This document shows positions 1 through 12,500 of a stretch of DNA of 64,000 bases, piece after piece (positions within the stretch are counted from its first letter, which is position 1; each line of letters opens with the position of its first letter). The stretch comes from an uncultured Lachnospiraceae bacterium. GTDB lineage: Bacteria > Bacillota > Clostridia > Christensenellales > UBA1242. The DNA lies in NCBI GenBank assembly GCA_964646345.1, contig CAZYDU010000004.1, positions 1,256-65,255 on the forward strand, in the 5' to 3' direction. The notes below the pieces were generated by a model. That model did no database searches, was not told the origin of the DNA, and saw only the letters and a program-made list of their open reading frames with translations. The position numbers and the translations under genes were made by a program.

Positions 1-38
1 TAGAGAAACGGAAGTTATCGATTTCGCTCGAAATGACA
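1..38 (+). repeat. Partial copy, cut by the window edge, of the GC-rich intergenic repeat family (ends ...TTTCGCTCGAAATGACA)
   Basis: The string cgatttcgctcgaaatgaca matches the 3' half of the units at 3348-3565 and 60802-60988. It lies just downstream of the stop of the minus-strand gene 106-357. Confidence 0.5.
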
Positions 39-105
39 CTAAATAAAACCACGAGATTATCCTGTCGTTTTCTGAAACAAAAAAAATAACCCTGTTCATC
101 TCTTT

Positions 106-357
106 TTATTTTCTATATTTTAAATAATCAACTGAAACCGGCGAGTCAAACTGACTTGCTGTCCAGTAGTCGCAAACCATATTTGGTTCAACTTTTAAAT
201 ATTCATCGTCATCTATACAAATTCCTTCATATTTGTTTTTTGAACGATACCACATACATGTATAGCAACAATGAGGACGTTCGTATTGATTCCTTTTATA
301 ATTTTTTTCTTGCCTTTTATCATGTTTTTGATAAGACTCCCATGATTTTAAAAACAT
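106..357 (-). CDS. Small Cys-rich hypothetical protein (83 aa)
   Basis: ORF track. A strong SD (AAGGGAG) lies about 6 nt before the ATG at 357. The Cys pattern is HCCxxC...GxC...VC. No family recognised. Confidence 0.55.
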   Translation of the reverse strand: MFLKSWESYQKHDKRQEKNYKRNQYERPHCCYTCMWYRSKNKYEGICIDDDEYLKVEPNMVCDYWTASQFDSPVSVDYLKYRK

Positions 358-378
358 ATTTTTCTCCCTTATATAATA

Positions 379-981
379 CTATGCCTCAAACGGCGATCCG
401 ACTGTAAATCTAACAATAAACATGCCGGCAATCATTACAAGCCCAATTATTAATGACGTGACAAGCCATGCCATTAACGAAATTTGGAATAATCTTGTTA
501 AAATCCAGCCAACTATAAGTGTTGGTATAAATCCAGTTGGAATGCAGTATGCCACCATAAACCCAGAATATCCGACACCTTTTGCCATAAAGTTTGAAAA
601 CCCGCCCACACAAGCTGCAGGAAATAAGCAAGAGATGAATAAAAATCCAGAATAAAAGCTTCCATAATAGTACTTTGGGTCTGTTGCTTCACCTAGCATA
701 AGCCATCCACCTTTATCTGCAAGTATTGTGATATGCAAGATTAATGTTGGAATTATTGTTAAAGCTAAACCAATCCAACCGATCCATTCATTGTAAGTTT
801 CATCTAATCCAAAACTTACCGACATTATTAAAAGTCCAATTGGAAACAAAACAGTTAAAATTATGGTTGGAAATCCGTTGTATTGAAAGTCTTCAGCTAC
901 CCAAGTTGTTACCAGAAATAAAACGAATGAAAATGCAATTGAAACCACAGTTCTCCAAAAGGGTTTTTCAGTTAAATCCAT
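379..981 (-). CDS. Polytopic membrane protein, unknown function (about 200 aa from the internal start)
   Basis: The ORF track gives 379-1014. The internal ATG at 981 (MDLTEKPF...) is preceded by GTGAGGT at proper spacing, whereas the ATG at 1014 has no SD. The protein has about 6 hydrophobic helices. Confidence 0.6.
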   Translation of the reverse strand: MDLTEKPFWRTVVSIAFSFVLFLVTTWVAEDFQYNGFPTIILTVLFPIGLLIMSVSFGLDETYNEWIGWIGLALTIIPTLILHITILADKGGWLMLGEATDPKYYYGSFYSGFLFISCLFPAACVGGFSNFMAKGVGYSGFMVAYCIPTGFIPTLIVGWILTRLFQISLMAWLVTSLIIGLVMIAGMFIVRFTVGSPFEA

Positions 982-1126
982 AAATACCTCACTTATATAA
1001 ATTTTGTGTATCATTAATAATGTTTTTTGTAAAGAAATTTAATATTATTATTGTATTTAATCGTATAAAAATTTTATTTAAAAAGGGTAAATCCTAATTA
1101 GATTAACCTTTAATATTTCACTAGTT

Positions 1127-1153
1127 TCAAAAGAGATAACCCTTTAGGGTTAT
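1127..1153 (-). terminator. Putative rho-independent terminator overlapping the stop codon of the 696-aa gene
   Basis: On the minus strand: 7-bp stem ATAACCC/GGGTTAT (1136-1142 / 1147-1153), 4-nt loop, then CUCUUUUG. Confidence 0.4.
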
Positions 1154-3240
1154 TTTGTAATTACTTCATCTTCGGAAACTTTTTGCCCGTGGCTTCCTAA
1201 ATGATTTTTCTTAAAAATTAAAATTAAAATTAACAAACCGATGTTTATCGCAATCAAAATGCAACCCAAAATTTGCAAAGTAGACCAAGCATCTGCCTTG
1301 ATATAATCAGTTTCGATAAAGCCCGTAAATTCATTACCGTACTCGTCATTGAATGTGATTGATGTAAATCCTGTTTTTGTGTTACGTTTGCCGTTAATTC
1401 GCACGGTTTTGCCCGAATTTAAGGTAAATGGTAGGGTAGTTGCATCTGAACTATCCGATAAATAAACTTTTGTGCCATCATTTTTGATGATTGCATTGGT
1501 TATAACAAAATCAACAGTATCCACAGGATTTCGAACACATCTAGCTTCGATGTATCCAACTTGATTATCATTGATTTTAACCTTTAACATTTTAACATTA
1601 TTTGCTGTATATCCACCAAGCACATCAAGAATTTCAACAAGAGAATTTTCTTCAATTTGCATAATAGTTTCAGTTACAAGATTACTTTTGCCAATTTTGC
1701 CTTTACAGAAAGTTGTAGGCAGTGAATACAGAGAAGAATTTGCCCAAATGGAAGCTTTTGCTCTTTCAATACCATTTTCGTCTTTGATAACTTTATAACC
1801 GGCTTCACGAACTGAAATTTGTGGCAATAAATCTAAGTAGTCATTTTTGATATAGCCAAAATTGTTACCATTAGAATTAGTGTACATACAGTAATCATAA
1901 TCAGAGATTTGAGTACCATTTAATAAATGAGCTGTTCCAATTTTAACAACATTTGTATCAATTCCTATGGCGATATCCGAGCTTGCGCCCCATGGATTTT
2001 CAAAAAGTTCGGTAACTCTATTGGCTTTTTTATAAACAAACTCATCAACTGATAAGTAGTTAATTTCACACTCAGGATTTTGAATAGGTAAAGCCTTATT
2101 AACACCATTAGAACTTGTGAAAGTGATGTAATTTAACGATTGATTATCTTTGTCAGGATAGGCGAAATAATTTCCATTGATTATTCCAAAATTTGAGTTT
2201 ATGCATTCCACTTCCAAAACAAACGAACGTTTTTCGTCAGCAGTACCACCATCTAAATTGAAAGAATAAAGTCTTAAACATTCGTTGTTATCATCTAAAT
2301 CTTTAAATGTAATTGCAAGATAGTCTTTTCCATTAAAAGATGTTATCATTGCTTCGGTAATATTTTCCCTTTGAGACGATCTAGATGATGATTCTTCGGT
2401 TGTGTTTGAAGGAATTTCAAAAGCATTTTCAGGAATTGTCTGATTGTCCTGAGCTAAAATCGTTAAGGATTTTAAATAGTTAACAGGGTAATAAATAATT
2501 TTTGTTTTATAAACAAATAGCAAATAGACTTTATCATTTACATCAACACATGAAAGTGTTTTTATTAGATTTGTCGTGTTATCATTATTATCAAAATTTA
2601 TATCTATTGACCTTTTTGTAACAAGGGACAAACTATCGTTTAATAAAATAATCTTTGATTTTTCGCCGATTGTTGAACTAGAAAAAGTGAATAACAAATA
2701 ATCTTTTGCTGGTTGTTCATCACTTAAATCGTTAAGTAATGAAATATTTGTTACGTTAAAAATATCGTATTTGGGGTCTAATGAAATTTGTGCGTCAAAT
2801 TCAGTTATTTTAAAAGTACTAGATTCAAGATTAATTTTGATAACAGTGTTAATAGTCTTTGTTGATGATGTTTCAGTGATTTCTTTCTGAATTAGCAGAT
2901 ATAATTCATTTTCATTTAAGCAAGCATCTTTTATATCGTATGCTGATAAATCCATGTAATTGCTATCAAAAACTTTGCCATCTATATCATAAACTTTGAG
3001 CAAATTGTCGCCATTATCTATAAAATAAATTTTATTATTATAGATAAAAGAGTAGGCGGGTTCACGAATAAATATTGAAACATTTGTTGATGCATATAGG
3101 TCTATATTTGTCGCCTGTGTTTCTTGTGAAACGATTGGTTTGAAAATTTTGAATGTGGAAAAAAGCCCCGAAATAGAACCAATCAAAACACAAATAAGCG
3201 AAAAAAATGCTGTAATATTTTTCTTTAGAGAATTTTTCAT
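1150..3240 (-). CDS. Surface protein: N-terminal signal anchor, large beta-rich ectodomain, three SH3b-like domains, C-terminal TM helix and short cytoplasmic tail (696 aa)
   Basis: N-terminal hydrophobic segment FFSLICVLIGSISGLF. C-terminal TM ILGCILIAINIGLLILILIF followed by KKNH. SH3b-type strand endings GYIKNDYL, VGYIEARCV and TGFIETDYI occur in the last 230 aa. Confidence 0.75.
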   Translation of the reverse strand: MKNSLKKNITAFFSLICVLIGSISGLFSTFKIFKPIVSQETQATNIDLYASTNVSIFIREPAYSFIYNNKIYFIDNGDNLLKVYDIDGKVFDSNYMDLSAYDIKDACLNENELYLLIQKEITETSSTKTINTVIKINLESSTFKITEFDAQISLDPKYDIFNVTNISLLNDLSDEQPAKDYLLFTFSSSTIGEKSKIILLNDSLSLVTKRSIDINFDNNDNTTNLIKTLSCVDVNDKVYLLFVYKTKIIYYPVNYLKSLTILAQDNQTIPENAFEIPSNTTEESSSRSSQRENITEAMITSFNGKDYLAITFKDLDDNNECLRLYSFNLDGGTADEKRSFVLEVECINSNFGIINGNYFAYPDKDNQSLNYITFTSSNGVNKALPIQNPECEINYLSVDEFVYKKANRVTELFENPWGASSDIAIGIDTNVVKIGTAHLLNGTQISDYDYCMYTNSNGNNFGYIKNDYLDLLPQISVREAGYKVIKDENGIERAKASIWANSSLYSLPTTFCKGKIGKSNLVTETIMQIEENSLVEILDVLGGYTANNVKMLKVKINDNQVGYIEARCVRNPVDTVDFVITNAIIKNDGTKVYLSDSSDATTLPFTLNSGKTVRINGKRNTKTGFTSITFNDEYGNEFTGFIETDYIKADAWSTLQILGCILIAINIGLLILILIFKKNHLGSHGQKVSEDEVITK

Positions 3241-3347
3241 AATTTTATTATATTATTATTTTGTGAAATTTACAAATAAAAAATAGGAATATTGAAATTT
3301 TGCTTTCTTTATTCCTATTTTTATGTTTGATGTAGTGTAAGTTTCAA

Positions 3348-3565
3348 GCTAGGGGATTTCTCGACTATGCTCGAAATGACAATGGGGAGAAAGTCGAAAT
3401 GACAATGGGAAAAGAATAATTTATTCTTTAGGTGTCATCTCGACCAAACGCAGTGCGTGGAGAGATCTCTTTGAGAATATATCCACTTTCTAGCTAGGGG
3501 ATTTCTCCATGCGTTCGCTTCGCTCACTTAGTCGAAATGACAATGGGGAGAAAGTCGAAATAACA
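3348..3565 (+). repeat. Composite cluster of three units of the GC-rich repeat family (forward unit, reverse subtype-2 unit, forward unit)
   Basis: Unit 3348-3404 is GCTAGGGGATTTCTC..CTCGAAATGACA..GTCGAAATGACA. Unit 3430-3472 is 43/43 nt identical to 60867-60909. Unit 3493-3565 is GCTAGGGGATTTCTCC..GTCGAAATGACA..GTCGAAATAACA. The cluster is visibly GC-richer than its surroundings. Confidence 0.85.
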
Positions 3566-3586
3566 CTTAAGCAATAGAAATTATCA

Positions 3587-6500
3587 TTAAAACATTTCAA
3601 GACAAGCCCACATTATTAAAAGAACACTTTCTAATGGAGCTCTATTTACATACACATATTTAACATCAGGATTGTCATCGTTTAGAGATTTTAACTGGAA
3701 CGTATCTTTATATAAATCCGCTCTTTCTTGCAACCTTTTCGTTTTATTTGCTTCTTTGTTAAAGAACTTAGTAACGTCTGATGATATCCATTCAATAGTT
3801 GAAGCAGCTGAAATAGCGGTTGCACTTGCAGCAACACCGATTGCAATATCAGCAACCCAACCAATAGGGGTTACCTGTGAAACAATAAGTGCTGCAGCAC
3901 CAAGAGCAATACCAATCCAAGCAACAATTTCCATAACTGCATCGTGTTTTGTTTTGTAGTCTACTGGATTTAACTCAAAAATATAAGTTGTTAATCTATT
4001 CAAACTTTCATACTCATCACTTTCACTTATTGTAACTTTAACATTGATATTTTTTAGTTTAGTTGAATTTGTTGAACCATAAAATTCTGCTTCAGTCAAA
4101 CAATGAGATGAAATACAGGTTGCGAAATAGTTTTCATTTCCACGCTGATCTGACAATAAGAAGAATGTTGAAAGCAAAGCAGCCATTTCGCCTTTTTCAA
4201 GTTCATCTGAAAAATCCTGTATTTTTTTCTTAAGATCATCGGACCAACCATCACTCTGGAATGACAGAGCGTTTCCAACAGAACCGCTTTTTCCACGTAT
4301 GGTTGAACCATCACTTACAGATGAAAAATCAATTTTTGCAATGTTATAGTAAGTGTAAGCATTAAGGCCATAAGCATCTTGTTTTATACCAACATCACTT
4401 TTAAAGTTTTCTCGTTTAAATCCTTTAAACCAATCACCATTACAGAAACCTTTAATACCTTCCTTAAACCAATTTCCAGCGCTTGCAACAGCATTTGAAG
4501 CTGCTGCTATTACACCGACTTTACCAGCAACAAATTTTTGTGCTTGATATTTTTCTTTTTGTTCATAAACAGCGAGAACAAGGTCGGTTTGAGCGAAATG
4601 GTTTTGAGTGAAGTTAGACGAAACTTGATTTTGAGCAATGGTTGCAACATCAATTCTTCTAACTTTCATGAATTTATCAGTAGTATTTGTTGAAACAGGC
4701 AAACGTGCAAGATACATTTCCTTTTTTTCGTTATCAATCTTAGACCTTTTTATTGCTCCGGTTAAGAATGAATAGAATGTTTCATAAGTGCAATATTTTT
4801 TTAAGAATGAATTTGTACATTCACCATATTCATCACTGAACAAATATTCAATTTCTATATTATTCTCATAAGCCACAGGGTTAAATTCCATGATATAAGA
4901 ATAGTAAAGCGTTGCAGTAACTCTATCAGAATTTTTACCAGTACCTTTTTGACCCAAGTTAACAATATCATTTAAAATAGTGAGAATCAGGTAAGCATCA
5001 CTTATTACATAAATATCGTAATACTTGTAAATAAATGAGTAATAGGTATGTGGAACTTCATACATTTTGTCAGCATCACTATTCTTCGCATTTTTTTGCA
5101 AAACTCTAGTGTAAAGTTTATTTAAATTAGTCGTTGAATAAATACCATCTTCACTATTACCAATAGCAGTACCAGTTTTACTAAACAAGCTAATGGTTGA
5201 ATCATTATTATCAGCATCTTTTCCACCATCTTCACTTGTCAATGTTTCAGTTATAACATTGATTGAAGCATCTATAGATTTATAAACCGCACCATAAATA
5301 AGTGTAACATTAACGTTCATGTTTGGTAATTTGAAGTTATTTCCATTATTAATGTTATATGCATACGATAGAGCATTTGTAAAGTATCCACCAACTTGTC
5401 CGTTTTCGGCAATATAGTATGAATCCATTTGTGATCCAATATTATAATCATACTTAGTACCTAAAAGTTCTTCCGGGGTTGAAGGCTTGTAGATAACATC
5501 GCCTGATTTTTTGTTGTATTCATAATCAGCGTATATACCAACAGCAACTAGCCCTTGCACATTAAATTCAGAACCACTTGTCGTCACAACGCCTTTGTTA
5601 ATCGAAACACCAGGAAGTGAACCGTCTTCATAGTATATTTTCAGTGTAAGTTTTATGCTTGTCACCGTACCCCTGGTTGTTTGTTTTGATTCAACAGCCA
5701 TTGAGCTTACAAATGTTTTCTTTTGATCAGTTGAATTTTGCAACACAGCTGAGATAACATTGCTTGATGTTGAGAAATCACCACTATCAATAACATAGCC
5801 ATCAATGGTTATTGTGAATAGATTTTGAGCAAGTTTATAATGCTCGCCAGTTATGCCTTCGGCAACTAAATAGTTACTTGCTTGAAGAACATTTTTAGCA
5901 ACATTTCTTGATGTGATGTTGTAAGTTCCATGATCCTTTGCAGTTTGGTCAATGTCACTTTCAAACACAACAACACTCATATAGTCAGTATAAATATCAA
6001 CAGCTTCAGGATTTTCATAAGTTCCATTAATAATTGATTGAACCGTGCTAAGTTCATAAGCATCAAGACTTGTATCGAATCCCGTTGAACCTTCTATATG
6101 CTTACCTTCTTTATTATAGTATCTAACAAGTCCAGAGCAAACTGCATATTGTTTTTGGTTATATTCAACATAAGCAAATCCATTTGCAAACTTAATTTCA
6201 CTTGCTTCAAGCTTTTTAAGAATGCATGTATGGTCATCACTATTTTTTGTAATCAGTGCACCAGATCTGATATTTTCATAATTCAAACAATAAACATACT
6301 TATCGTTTCCGCTAATTTGATTTTTTGTTGAATAATAGTTTGCATAATAGTTTTCTCCATCAAATGAATAAACAGCCTTGTTCATTCCATTATCAAGATA
6401 AGAGCCTGTATATTCAACATAATTTTTAGAATCATTATCATTATATGGAATAACAAGATAAGCGTAAGATCTAGATTCTTGATTTGCTTCAGAATTTTTC

Positions 6501-9500
6501 TTATTAGATACGTTCAATTCTGATAAAGAATCTTTTTTTACACCTTCATTATCCTTTGATTCTATAACATAGTAATAAAAATCTTGAACAACCCAAATTC
6601 CATAGTCGTCTTCATAATATGTAAATTTAACATTACCTTGAGTTTCTTCCGTTGTTTGACCACTAAATGATTGAATACTTCTTCTTGCTAGCGATGGAAC
6701 ATAGTAAGCTCCATTAGCATTCTTGTTGTATACCAAGAAACCAGCTTCTTCAGAAAGATTGAAGTCGATAGTGCTTTTCATGATAGGTGTTGGAGTTGCA
6801 TAAGTTACAGGTGTGGTATATTCTCCTATTTCATATTTATTGGTTATAATAGTTCCATAATTATCAAACAATGTATAAACCAATTTATCAGTTGAATCTA
6901 CGTATTTAAATTTATAATAATCAGCACCATTGCCTTGAACATGATATTCTATGGCAGATGTGCTTTGAGAATTGTCAGTATCATATCTAAAGAAACTATC
7001 TTTTGAGACACTTGTGAAATCTTGAGTATACATTTTATGAGCAACGGTTCCAATAATATTACTTGCAGGGTTACTTGTAATGTTTGTGTATGCAAGGTAA
7101 CTATCGTTGTTACCACCATTATCATCCTGATAATAGCCCATTTCTGTTTCGGCAATTTCAAGGGTAAGCTCATAGGATAGGGCATTGAAGAATACATACA
7201 AACCAAGGTTGTTTGTGATTTTAGTGAAAATCATATTGTTGGTTGATGTATTGTTGTCTTCTGGGAATGAAACTTTCATTGAACTTCCATTACCCGTAAC
7301 TCTAATTGAATTTTTGCTAGAAGTGCTATTTGATTGTTTCATGAAGTGTGTGAGGTTTTTATTAAACTTAGCATAAGTCTCACTCTTTCCAATAACATTA
7401 AGGTCGCCTGAAAAATATTTGCTAGCATCAGCACTATTAGTTTGACCTTTCAATGCTTTTTCAATTTCTTGATAATTTGCACTTAGCTTGTCTTCAATAA
7501 TCTCAGTTGTAACAGCTGTTTTGATTGCTGTCATTTGGTTTTCTTTTTCAATACCAAGTGAATAACCAAGATATGATGTTCCAAGTTGAGCTCTAGCTTT
7601 GATGAGTGCTGAGCTATTGTGTTCAACCAGCATTGGACCTTTAACAGAACCCGAAGAAGATGAATCTTTAGCTTGTTCTGTTTCGAAAATTTGTGAGTGC
7701 AAACCTTGTTTACCACCTGATTGATCCCATAAATTAATAGTTACATCGTTCATATTATCAAGATTTGAAATATCAACTCTTGTAATTTCGATTGTATAAA
7801 CAACTGGGGCATAAATTGCATAAATATTGAAGTTTCCAGTAATTGGAATTTCGATGTCATAATACATGTAGTTGTATACTCTACCAACAGTAGTAAATCT
7901 AATTTTGTCTCCAAGATTGCAATAATCAACAGGTATAAATTTTGCCATATTGTATTTTGAGTAATATTCAACACCTTGCAAGCCATTGTAAACCTTTGCA
8001 CCATTTACCATAATGTAATCAAGATATGTTGAGCAATATGAATCAAAGTCAGATACAATCATAAATCCTTTGATATAATATCCTGAATACATCTTTGCAC
8101 CCAAACCTGTAATTTTCGCACTGGTTGACAAAGTTGTTAATTCTGAATAAGTTTGATAGTTTGTATTTGATTTATTTTCATAAACTTCGCCTTTCATACT
8201 TGTGACAGTTTTTGTCATTTGGTTTGTTGAATTTGAAAGCGATGAAGTATCTCTAATAACATAGCTTACATTTTCCATTAAGCATGACGAACTCTTAATT
8301 TCTCCACTAAACACAGGTGTTCCTGTGGTAATATTAACGTTTTCATAGAGTGTTGTTACATTATTTTCATAGTCAATATGTAGATAAATCTTTTTATCAC
8401 TATCGGCAACTTGTTTGTATGATGCATAACAAGAACCTGAACTAATATTAATAGATTCATAAACATATTTTTGCTTCTTATAGGTAATAGAACTGTAAAC
8501 TTTAATTACTGAATTACTACCATTATCACTTGTTCTAAAGTAGTTAGCTTTAACCCTATATTTAGTTGCAAGTTCATAATTTGTTGTAATTTTCGTATCT
8601 TGAGCACCTGAACTATTACTATTATAAACTTCAAATACGGTTTGCCTTGTGCCACCAGATTTACTAATTGAAATATTAAGTCTAATGTATGACGAATTGT
8701 TTCTGTAAATAACATAATTGTCACTTGTCAAGTTATTGTCTGAGTAGAAACTATATCTATTGCCACTATATGTAATGTAGGTTGGGTATACATAGTAACT
8801 ATAGAATTTCTTAGTTTTAAACTCATTTTCAGTGAATATGGTTTTTGAACCAAACATATCGGCATCGTCCGACAATGTTTGAACTCTTGATGATGAAGTG
8901 AATGGGAATGTTGAATATAAGTTATAGTCACTACCAATCATATATTGAGTGCCATCAATCTCAACATAGTCAAATTCATCTATTGACTCAGAACCATTTG
9001 TATACTTACTAGAATTATAAACATAATAAGTTGAGCCAGATTTTATAGCGAGAGCTAAGTTAGAAAGTGTGTACTCTGATGAATTATATTTTATAGTTCC
9101 AGCTAAATTTGTATACAAGTTTCCATAAACAGAGTAAACCTTTGTATGTGTTGGCAATGATTTTTCTTGAGTTGGAGTTATATCATATGTCAAACCTGTT
9201 GAAGCATTAAAACTTGAATCTGTGTTTGTTAATGTTTCCGTTTGATATTCTCCGTTAAATTTAAACTTATTAACTATTTTTTGGTAAACTATATATCCAC
9301 ATTCAGTGCTTGCATCATTATAATCTGTATACAAACGACCATTGTTAACATAATATTTAACACCTGAGCTATTAAGTTTGTAATAACTTAATGATGTGCT
9401 AAGTGTAACGGTTTCTTCATAGGTTATTGAAATATTATCAGCTTCGCCAGTTGCACCTTCGACAAATGAAGTGTTGAACATATAGCTTGAGTCTGATTCA

Positions 9501-12500
9501 TCTCTTTCTAAGATTGCATCTTCATTGCCATAAATCATGATTTGTCGCTTAATTTTCTTTTCAACATATGAATTTGTTAAATCGGATAGTCTCAATTCAT
9601 ACAATGCTTTTGATACTAAATCTGAATTCTTTAAACTTGCATTTTTTAATGAGACCAAATTATTATATTCTTCTTCATATTCCAAACTATCTTTGAGATA
9701 GAATGTTTGATATTTTGTCACAGAATCAAGAGTGAAGTTTTCAAGAACTTTTCCGTTTGACAAAATTATGTAAGGTCCATTTTCTGTGAACATTGTGCTA
9801 CTAATGTTATCATCAACTGAATTGCCAGTTGAATCATAAAGTACACCATTTTTAGTGTAATAAGAACTATTCTTATAGTTTAGATAATAAATTGTGACTG
9901 AATTGTTAGAATAATTTACATCAAAGTACATGCCAATACTTCTTGGGTCAAATACTTTTTCAAGATTTTTATAGTTTTCATCTAAAAATTCGCCTTTTTT
10001 ATCTTCTGTTTGAGAACCATCAGAATTAACTTTTACTTTTGTATTTTCAAGATAGATTTTTCCATCAACAAAGTAATACATTTTTGTATTATAAACAAAA
10101 GTTAAAGCATGAACAGTTTTGTTTGTTGTTTTCTTAAACTTTGGTGACGATTCAACTTTTTTACCTTCATCATTGGTAAAATTACCAAGCTTATCAAGGT
10201 AATAGTAGGTTACACCAGCTTCATCAGCATCATCGTCAACAACTGTGTAGATATCTGACTTGTAGATATAATCGATATCTTTTATGCCAATTTCAGAAAC
10301 AGTTGTTTGTTTCTTATTCTCAAATTCAATAGTTTTCTCACGTTCTTGAGATTTAACCATAAGAACATATTGAACTGGGTGTTTACCATTAATTTCATAA
10401 GCATAAAAATTAAATTTCGTATTATTCGTCAAATCGCTTACTTTGAACACATCACTAGGGTAGTTTTGTGTGCCTTCTTCAGTAAACAAATATCCATTTT
10501 GTTCATAAAATTCATAACCTGAATAATACTCGTTTGTAGATTGATTGAATTGTTCAATGGTTACATAATCATCAATATTTAATACTTTAATATAAACTTT
10601 ATAATATGAACCGCTATATGAATTTATGGTAAAGTAATTATTATCTTCATCAAATGCTGTTGAATTGCTTGGAGCAATAAGAACAAATAAGACTCTATCT
10701 GTTTCAGTATCTTCGCCAGCAAAGTTAGCAAGGTACGCTGAGTTTGCTTTTGGAATAAATGTATAGCTTATTTTGTTTCTATCGCCATCATTTTTTGTAA
10801 TAAACAATGATTCAGAAAGTTTTGACATTTGAACTGTACTAGTTAATGTAGCACTTCTTGGAGCAACGTTTAAACATGTTCTAAGTGTCAAATATTTATA
10901 CAATGAAGATTGATAACCATTAGCTGACGTATTCATTTGGACATTTGTAACATTTGATTTTTCATATAGCACTGGGGAAGCAATGCCTGAAATAATTGAG
11001 TATTTAATTGTTACAACTTCACCATCACGAACATACATATATGCATATCTTTCAGCACCAAATGATAGTGTTTTGCTGTCAGTGCTTAGTGTAAATGCTG
11101 TTTTATATGCTTCAGCATCTCCGGTTGTATACATTCTGTTTGTTGAATATATAATTTTGTAATATTTTTCGGTTGCAAGTTTTACAATGTTTCCATTTGC
11201 AAAGTCGCCACCAAGTATCCATGAAACAATAGCACCAGAAGCTTGTTTTTCATAGTTTACTATTTGTGTTACATTTTCACAATAAACCCCAATAAAGTTT
11301 AGTGAATAGTTATTGCTTGAATTTTCATATAAATACAATTTGTCAGCTTCTTCTGAAATACTATATTTATTTTTAACACTAAAGTCATTGAGTTTTATAT
11401 TGAATCTCGCTTGTTGTGAAATTAAATCTTGACCATAAATAAATTCAAGATAATATTTGTCATTTTCTTTATAAGATGTAACTGAAATTATTATGCTATC
11501 AGCATCTCTTTCTGAAGAACCAGATTCTGTTAGAGTATAGGTCTTGGTTTTTGTTAACCCACCAGGTGCGTTCCAAACAATATTTGTTTCACCTTCGCCT
11601 GAAGGAATTCTATAGATTGTTGAACCTATTGAAACATCAAGTTCAACTGAAGCATCAACATATTCAAATTCCATTGTTGTTTGCTTGATATTTTCTTTTG
11701 CTACACAATGAATTTCAACAATTTGTCTATTTGCACCATCAATGTTAACAGCAAGTCCAGCTTCATTAGCATCAACAAGTTTGAGATATTCCCAATATGA
11801 AATTGATAATGAAGAATCATTTGTTCCAAGAGTAACACCAGGAACTTCTGTGTTTCTACCGTCCACATCAATGGTATATTTATTATTTTCAAAACGTGTT
11901 ACAGTTCCATTGCCATTATAGTAACAATAATAATCAAGTGAAAGATAACCAGAATTGAATACAAGTGAAAGTGGGAGAGCAAATTGATATTCAATATCGA
12001 AATAATAAACTCCATAGCTTGAACCGCCTGCACCTATAGTTCGATATTCTGAGTTATCTAGAGTTGGGTTGGAAATTGAAACACCATTTGAAACTGATGT
12101 GAATGCATTTTTAACAAAATCAATATCAGTTAAACCACTTGACATGATACTGCCAGTTAATTCTGCATCATAATTACCAGTTGCTGGGTTATAGTATTCT
12201 GGGTGAACGTAAATCCTGATATAACCATTTGTTTTGTAGTTATATGTCAAATTGTTTTGAACAGTGTCATTTAAGTTAGATTGATATACATATGCAATAT
12301 TTTCTCCATTCCAACCGGTTGTGCTACTAAACTCACCATCAATCTTGGTATCTTTAGCATTCACACCTGACTCACTATAAATAGTGTTAGATCTAAATCC
12401 ATCAACAAAGTCAAATGTTGATCCTTTAACAACAAGTGTTTGACTAAAGTTATAGTCATTGATTTTTGGGTCAATAGCTTTTGATCTGAATTTAACAACA

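Noticed and set aside
3348-3565. CRISPR array interpretation of the repeat clusters
   Set aside because: The units differ in length and sequence, occur in both orientations within a cluster, and have irregular spacing with no unique spacers of constant size. No cas genes are in the window.
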